NCBI GenBank assembly: GCA_963774935.1
Contig: CAVZGO010000003.1
Coordinates: 581,426 to 645,425 of the forward strand
DNA from: an uncultured Chloroflexia bacterium
GTDB lineage: Bacteria > Chloroflexota > Anaerolineae > Anaerolineales > UBA4823
Direction: 5' to 3'
Length of the DNA stretch: 64,000 nucleotides
In this document: piece by piece, positions 59,009 to 64,000 of the stretch
Numbering within the stretch: position 1 is the stretch's first letter
How the letters are laid out: each line of letters begins with the position of its first letter
The notes under the pieces: generated by a model
Told to the model about the DNA's origin: nothing
The model's input: the letters and a program-made list of their open reading frames with translations, nothing else
The model's database searches: none
Translations under genes and position numbers: made by a program

Positions 59009-60771
59009 TCTCTTTGAAAGTAAAGTGAACGAAATGTTAATCCAGGGCTCACCTCCCATGGCGGAGATGCGTCGCTTGATGCTCGAGATAGATGATTTTA
59101 TTCATGCACCGGAATTCGAAAACCTGAGCCTGGATGAACGCAGCCGTTTACAGACCATTCGAAAAGATTTAAAAAACCAAATTCGCCAGGCAGAGGATTC
59201 TGAGGAATCCAACCTGGCGGGGAGCCCTTCTACTGGAGAGGTTGCAAGCGACGCCTGGTCAGGCAGCGCGAGCAGCACGCCCAACACAACTCAAGGGGGG
59301 GCTGCACCTGAGCTCCGCGGGCATAATCCAACCGCTGAAGAGTCGATGGAGACCGCCGAAAAAGCGTTTTACAGCGGTCGCTTCTCTGAAGCGATAAAAC
59401 TTTACGATCGAGTCCTGCAAATCGAGCCCAATTGGGAGCGCGCCCGCCAGCACCGTACGGAGGCGGATAATTACCTGCGCACCGGGTATATTCCCTCCGT
59501 GGCTCTCCCAGCAGACGCCGCCTCTGCTTTTGGCAAAGCTCAATCCGCCGCCCGTGTGGGGCGCTACCAGGATGCGCTGACGCTTGTTATTGAAAGCCCA
59601 ATCGACCTTGCGCGATTTAGGCATCCAGCGCTGGCAGGAAGGTCAGGAGTTTGAGCAGAAACTGCAGGAAAATATTGACGCTGAGAATGCTTACCAGGAC
59701 GGCTTGAAGTTATTTCGAGCTGGACAGGTAGATGAAGCCATCGATGCTGTAGATACGGCGTACCGAGCTACCGGTCTTCCCAAATATGCCGATCGCGCCC
59801 AGGGGATGCGGAAGTTTAAAGAAACGATCCGCTCGATCAATGATACGCTGAATTCAGCCGGCATTGAGCCCAAGCTGCTGGTGCAATCCAAGCTCGAACT
59901 GGACAACCTCTCCAATGAATTTGGCGAAAATCCCGCTCTACAGCGGCTGCGCGCACGCTTCGAGAATGCGATTCCGCGCATTGTGACACCTCTTAAAGAC
60001 CAGGCGCGTGAGCTCAAATCTCAGGCAGAACGCAGCGTGACGATCGAGGAGACACTTTTCCTGGCGCGCCAGTCGAAACAGCAGCTCGACCAGATCCGCA
60101 GTTTAGAGGGGATGGATGACAGTTTGGATCGACTGAATAATGAGGTCGATAAGCTGATCCGTGAAACCCAGCGGCTGGCTGATGAGCTGGCAACCGCAAA
60201 CACATCCTATTTGAACCACCCCAACTGGCCGGTGGAGGCATTTAAAACGAGCGCTGAAGCTCGCCAGAAGTTCCCCAACGATCCGGGCGTGGTGGCAATG
60301 CGGAAATCGCTTTCACGTTATCGCAACATCCGCTTTGGGCTGCGCATGCTTGGTGTAATTGGAGTGATCTTATTGCTTTCCCTGCTCGGTTGGGCTGCCA
60401 GCAACGGTTTTAAATCTTTCATGCTGTCACGCACCCCTACACCCACCCTGACACCTACCCAAACTGCAACTCTCACTCCGACCACTACCAGCACCCCTAC
60501 AGTCACACCGACAATCACACCGACGGCGACCGCTACTCTAACCCCAACACCGACTGCTGGCATTGCCTTAAGAGATGTTTGGGCGCGTTCTGGCTGCTAC
60601 GAGACATTTAATGCTGTCGGTCGTATTCCCGCTGAAGGACCGGTGCGATTCTTACCCTCCGAACGGCGCTTCGATGACTTTAACCGGGAATGTGTGCTGG
60701 TTGAATACCGCGGACCCGATAAATCTGTGATCGGGTGGGTGCTCATCTCCGACCTGGGCGGATTGAAGTAG
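58995..60771 (+). pseudogene. TPR/coiled-coil single-pass membrane protein with Thr/Pro linker and small C-terminal SH3-like domain, frameshifted
   Basis: ATG 58995 overlaps the kinase stop by 14 nt. ORF 58995..59654 (TPR-like AEKAFYSGRFSEAIKLYDRVLQIEPNW) switches by +1 at about 59581..59595 into ORF 59584..60771 (...DALTL/LLKAQSTLRDLG). The TM helix is LGVIGVILLLSLLGWAA, followed by a TPTPT linker. Confidence 0.6.
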
Positions 60772-60845
60772 CTATCCAACCTTCGAGTTAGCAATTGAAA
60801 TAGATGATCTACGCAGGACCGCGTCTATAATCTAACGCGAATCAA

Positions 60846-62618
60846 TTAATCAGATTTCCAAACTTCCAAAGTGTTGGTGAGATAACCCTCTCGACAGGCG
60901 TGGCGCTGGATTTTTCCGCTGGAGGTTTTCATCAAGCTGCCTGGCTTCAGGAGTACGATGTCGTCAACATGCAGGTCGTGCTGGCTGGTTATAGCATTCC
61001 GGATCGCTGCCAAAACAGAATCGGGGTTGATATCCACACCCTGTTCTTGTTGTAATAACGTCAATTGCCGCTGCTTTGCCATCTCGACAACCACAACCAA
61101 TCGCTCCTGTCCTCGCCTGTCGACAGAAAATGCCGCACTGCAACCCGGGCGTAAGGCGGGATGGCAATTCTCAACCGTCAGCTCAATGTCTTGGGGGTAG
61201 TGATTGAGACCATCGATGATAATTAAATCCTTGCTGCGACCTGTTATATACAGATCTCCTCTGGACAGGAATCCCAGATCGCCAGTGCGCAAATATCGCT
61301 GCGCTGGTTGCCCATCTAGGTGAGCAAAGAAGGTTCGCTGGCTTTCTTCCGGGCGTCCCCAATAACCCTGGGCGATACTTTCGCCACTTACCCAAATTTC
61401 TCCTACCCGGGTATTGCCACGCCGGTCCGGCTTGCACTCCCGGAATGTATCCGGCTCAACAATCACTATTTTCTGCTCCAGCCAGGTCTGCCCGCATCCC
61501 ACCAGCAGGCGAGAGTCAAGATCGTCATCACCAGTCTCTTCCACCTGATCTTGGGTGAGCGCATCTGTCTTTACGCGTAAGGTCCTGACTCCAGACATCC
61601 TTTTCCTGCTTGAGACGAGCAGCGTTGCTTCTGCCAATCCATAACAGGGGTACATCGCTTTGGCATCAAAACCACACGGAGCAAATACCTGGGCAAATCG
61701 ATGCAATGTTTCAGGGCGGACTGGCTCGGCGCCATTGACAGCAATTTGCCAGCAGCTTAAATCCAATGACGCGATCTGCTCGGGGGTGGCTTTACGGGCA
61801 CACAGGTCATAGGCAAAATTCGGCCCGCCACTGACGGTAGCCCGCAAATGGGAGATTGCCCTTAACCAGCGCATCGGTCGTTGGAGAAAATCTAAAGGAG
61901 ACATCAGTGTAGTAGTTATGCTGTTGTATACAGTACCCAATATCGCACCAATCAAGCCCATGTCATGGTATAGCGGCAACCAGAACATTCCCCGGTCAGA
62001 ATCCGCGTTTAAGTCAAAGGCGCGCGTGATAACTTCCAGGTTGTAACTCAGGTTTTGGTGGGTTAACATGACCCCCTTGGGCTCAGCAGTCGAGCCAGAA
62101 GTATATTGCAGAAAAGCCAGTTGATCCGGTTTTAAATCAGGCTCAATCCAGTTGGACCCATCCGGTTCTACCAGAAGCTGGTCGGTTGCCACCCACTGCA
62201 TCGCTGGCATCCCCGGATATTGAGTTAAAATCATCTGCGCCATTGCCATGATCGGTGATGTAGTAAGGATCACTTTCGGGTCAGCGCTCTTTACAATGGC
62301 GAGAAAGCGCGGGAGCGAGCGCTCCATGCGCATCACGTCCGGGGGATAAGCTGGAACGGCAACAACGCCAGCATATAAACACCCGAAAAATGCACTGACA
62401 TAATCTAAGCCGGGGGGATAGAGCAGCAGTGCACGATCACCCGGGGATTCAATGCTTTGAAGTAAGGTTGCCAGTTTCTTGGCGTGCTGGTTTAATTGCT
62501 GGTAGCTTAACCGAGCAGTGGCTTCTTCCCCATCCACCAAAAATTCTAATGCTGTACGCTCGGGAATATGAGCGGCGTGCTCTTGCAGCCGCGTGACAAG
62601 AGAGTTAAAGCTGGGCAT
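60846..62618 (-). CDS. Fatty acyl-AMP ligase (FAAL-type adenylate-forming enzyme)
   Basis: 590 aa. YTSGSTAEPKGVMLTHQNL, YLRTGDLGF, SSGKIQR. The N-terminus and length match FadD32-like FAALs. Confidence 0.8.
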   Translation of the reverse strand: MPSFNSLVTRLQEHAAHIPERTALEFLVDGEEATARLSYQQLNQHAKKLATLLQSIESPGDRALLLYPPGLDYVSAFFGCLYAGVVAVPAYPPDVMRMERSLPRFLAIVKSADPKVILTTSPIMAMAQMILTQYPGMPAMQWVATDQLLVEPDGSNWIEPDLKPDQLAFLQYTSGSTAEPKGVMLTHQNLSYNLEVITRAFDLNADSDRGMFWLPLYHDMGLIGAILGTVYNSITTTLMSPLDFLQRPMRWLRAISHLRATVSGGPNFAYDLCARKATPEQIASLDLSCWQIAVNGAEPVRPETLHRFAQVFAPCGFDAKAMYPCYGLAEATLLVSSRKRMSGVRTLRVKTDALTQDQVEETGDDDLDSRLLVGCGQTWLEQKIVIVEPDTFRECKPDRRGNTRVGEIWVSGESIAQGYWGRPEESQRTFFAHLDGQPAQRYLRTGDLGFLSRGDLYITGRSKDLIIIDGLNHYPQDIELTVENCHPALRPGCSAAFSVDRRGQERLVVVVEMAKQRQLTLLQQEQGVDINPDSVLAAIRNAITSQHDLHVDDIVLLKPGSLMKTSSGKIQRHACREGYLTNTLEVWKSD

Positions 62619-62668
62619 TGGTACATTCCTTTACTCGATATGAAATTATCGACCTGCTCATTATATTG

Positions 62669-62722
62669 TACGGCGTTGACAACTCCTCCGGAAATTATGT
62701 TATTTTTACGCAGAACGCCGTA
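62669..62722. promoter_or_regulatory. Inverted repeat in divergent FAAL/thiolase promoter region (possible operator)
   Basis: tacggcgtt (62669..62677) and aacgccgta (62714..62722) are perfect 9-bp inverted repeats. They flank a TTGACA (62676..62681) and abut a minus-strand TATAAT (62660..62665). Confidence 0.3.
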
Positions 62723-62836
62723 TATTCATCCCTTTTCACTCGGAGAGAGTAGAATAATAGATATCAATCACAGTTCGACCATTGTGATCATTTACGACTG
62801 ATAGCACATCAGGCAGCGCTTGGAAAGGAAAACGAA

Positions 62837-64000
62837 ATGCATGAGGTTTGGTTGATCGATGCTTTACGCACACCGATTGGCGCTTTAGGCGGGGGTCTAT
62901 CTCCGGTGCGCTCAGATGACCTGGCGGCTTCTGTTCTGAAAGAACTCGTAAAACGTACAGGCATCGATCCAGCTCAGGTGGAAGAAGTGTATTTGGGATG
63001 TGCTAATCAAGCCGGGGAAGACAATCGCAATGTCGCCCGTATGGCAGCTCTGCTGGCGGGATTGCCGGTCGAGGTCGCTGCTGTCACCTTCAACCGCCTT
63101 TGCGCATCCGGGCTTAATGCCATCAACCAGGCTGCGCGCGCCATTCGTGTGGGAGAAGGAGATGTATTCATCGCCGGTGGCGTGGAAAGTATGAGCCGCG
63201 CCCCATACTCGCTGCCCAAAGCCGAAAGCGGTTTTCCTTTTGGAAACCTGACTGCCTGGGATACAGCGCTCGGCTGGCGCTACCCAAATCCGATTATGAA
63301 AGAGCTTTATGGCACCGAATCAATGGGCGAGACGGCTGAGAATATCGCTGATCTGACGAAAATCACTCGAGAGGAGCAAGATGCTTTTGCCTGCGATTCC
63401 CACCAGCGTGCTATAACCGCAATGGATTCATTGAAATTTACCGAAGAAATCGTGCCAGTCAGCATACCCCAACGTAAAGGCGAGCCGGTCGTTATCTCTC
63501 ATGATGAACGACCGCGCCGCGATACCACAATGGAAGCGTTAGGAAAATTAAAACCTGCCTTTCGACCTTCAGGCACTGTGACTGCCGGTAACTCGTCTGG
63601 ATTGAATGATGGCGCTGCGGTTGTTTTACTCACGAGCGCTGACAAAGGCAAAGCACTGGGATTGAAACCGATGGTTCGCCTGGTAACCAGCGCAGCAGCC
63701 GGCGTGAGACCCAGCACAATGGGTCTAGGCCCTGTGCCGGCAACCCACAAGGCTTTACAGCGCGCCGGGCTGACCATCTCTGATATCCACCTGACAGAGC
63801 TGAATGAAGCTTTTGCGGTGCAAGCCCTTGCTGTGATACAAGAGCTTGGGTTGGATCAGAAGTTGACCAACGTCAATGGCGGGGCGATTGCCCTAGGTCA
63901 CCCGCTGGGCTGCTCAGGAGCCCGGATCATGACCACGCTGGTGCATGAGATGCGCCGGCGGGCTCCATCTGAAAAACGACCCTATTATGGTCTGGCGACA
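62837..64000 (+). CDS. Acetyl-CoA C-acyltransferase (thiolase), 3' end outside window
   Basis: I translated from ATG 62837: [15 protein letters not shown]..., active-site Cys in [10 protein letters not shown], then NEAFA and [10 protein letters not shown]. The frame stays open to the window end, and this ORF is not in the supplied track. Confidence 0.9.
   Translation, partial: MHEVWLIDALRTPIGALGGGLSPVRSDDLAASVLKELVKRTGIDPAQVEEVYLGCANQAGEDNRNVARMAALLAGLPVEVAAVTFNRLCASGLNAINQAARAIRVGEGDVFIAGGVESMSRAPYSLPKAESGFPFGNLTAWDTALGWRYPNPIMKELYGTESMGETAENIADLTKITREEQDAFACDSHQRAITAMDSLKFTEEIVPVSIPQRKGEPVVISHDERPRRDTTMEALGKLKPAFRPSGTVTAGNSSGLNDGAAVVLLTSADKGKALGLKPMVRLVTSAAAGVRPSTMGLGPVPATHKALQRAGLTISDIHLTELNEAFAVQALAVIQELGLDQKLTNVNGGAIALGHPLGCSGARIMTTLVHEMRRRAPSEKRPYYGLAT

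Noticed and set aside
58508-59059. 183-aa minus-strand ORF spanning the kinase/TPR gene junction
   Set aside because: It lies opposite two well-supported plus-strand genes, with no family resemblance and no RBS.
60318-60563. 81-aa Val/Gly-rich minus-strand ORF
   Set aside because: It is antisense to the Thr/Pro linker (ACN/CCN repeats) of the TPR/TM protein, so it is a low-complexity artefact.
1-64000. Mobile elements, prophage, CRISPR, tRNA/rRNA/tmRNA genes
   Set aside because: I found no transposase, integrase, reverse transcriptase or phage structural genes, no repeat-spacer arrays, and no cloverleaf-compatible segments in the intergenic regions I inspected. Absence is judged by eye only and should be confirmed with tRNAscan and Rfam.

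Overview
This is a 64 kb bacterial chromosomal segment with moderate GC by eye (not computed). It is densely coded, with about 57 protein genes. I recognised no rRNA, tRNA, CRISPR array, transposase, integrase or phage genes. The protein repertoire and style (lipoprotein BMP binding proteins, a DNRLRE/DUF11 surface protein, Thr/Pro linkers, TTG/GTG starts) suggest a Chloroflexota (Anaerolineae-like) organism. That taxon call is inference only.

Content, left to right:
- A carbamate kinase 3' end.
- Two adjacent BMP-family (nucleoside-type) ABC transporters.
- thrC, a GT2 glycosyltransferase and an unusual PLP enzyme.
- A SWIM-SNF2 helicase and a dihydropyrimidinase.
- A cluster of degenerate NuoL/N-like membrane proteins.
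- A coiled-coil protein followed by selB.
- A surface protein fused to a sortase.
- pfkB-parA-parB, then rplS, a C26 amidotransferase, murI and a PhoD-like phosphatase.
- A roughly 10 kb minus-strand operon: acyl-CoA dehydrogenase, GT-C membrane protein, MDR reductase, acyl-CoA carboxylase subunits, CYTH.
- GNAT, HIT, xseA/xseB and murJ.
- An alkyltransferase-like (ATL) gene, an ABC-2 exporter and ogt.
- A tandem atypical kinase with a translationally coupled TPR/TM partner.
- A fatty acyl-AMP ligase and a thiolase.

The most striking global observation is that at least ten otherwise conserved genes are broken by single-base frameshifts or an in-frame stop, several inside homopolymer runs. This points either to indel-prone sequence or to gene decay.

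The candidate novel items are the sortase-substrate fusion, the tandem D-x-K-x-x-H kinase module and the degenerate antiporter-like cluster. None is proven from sequence alone.
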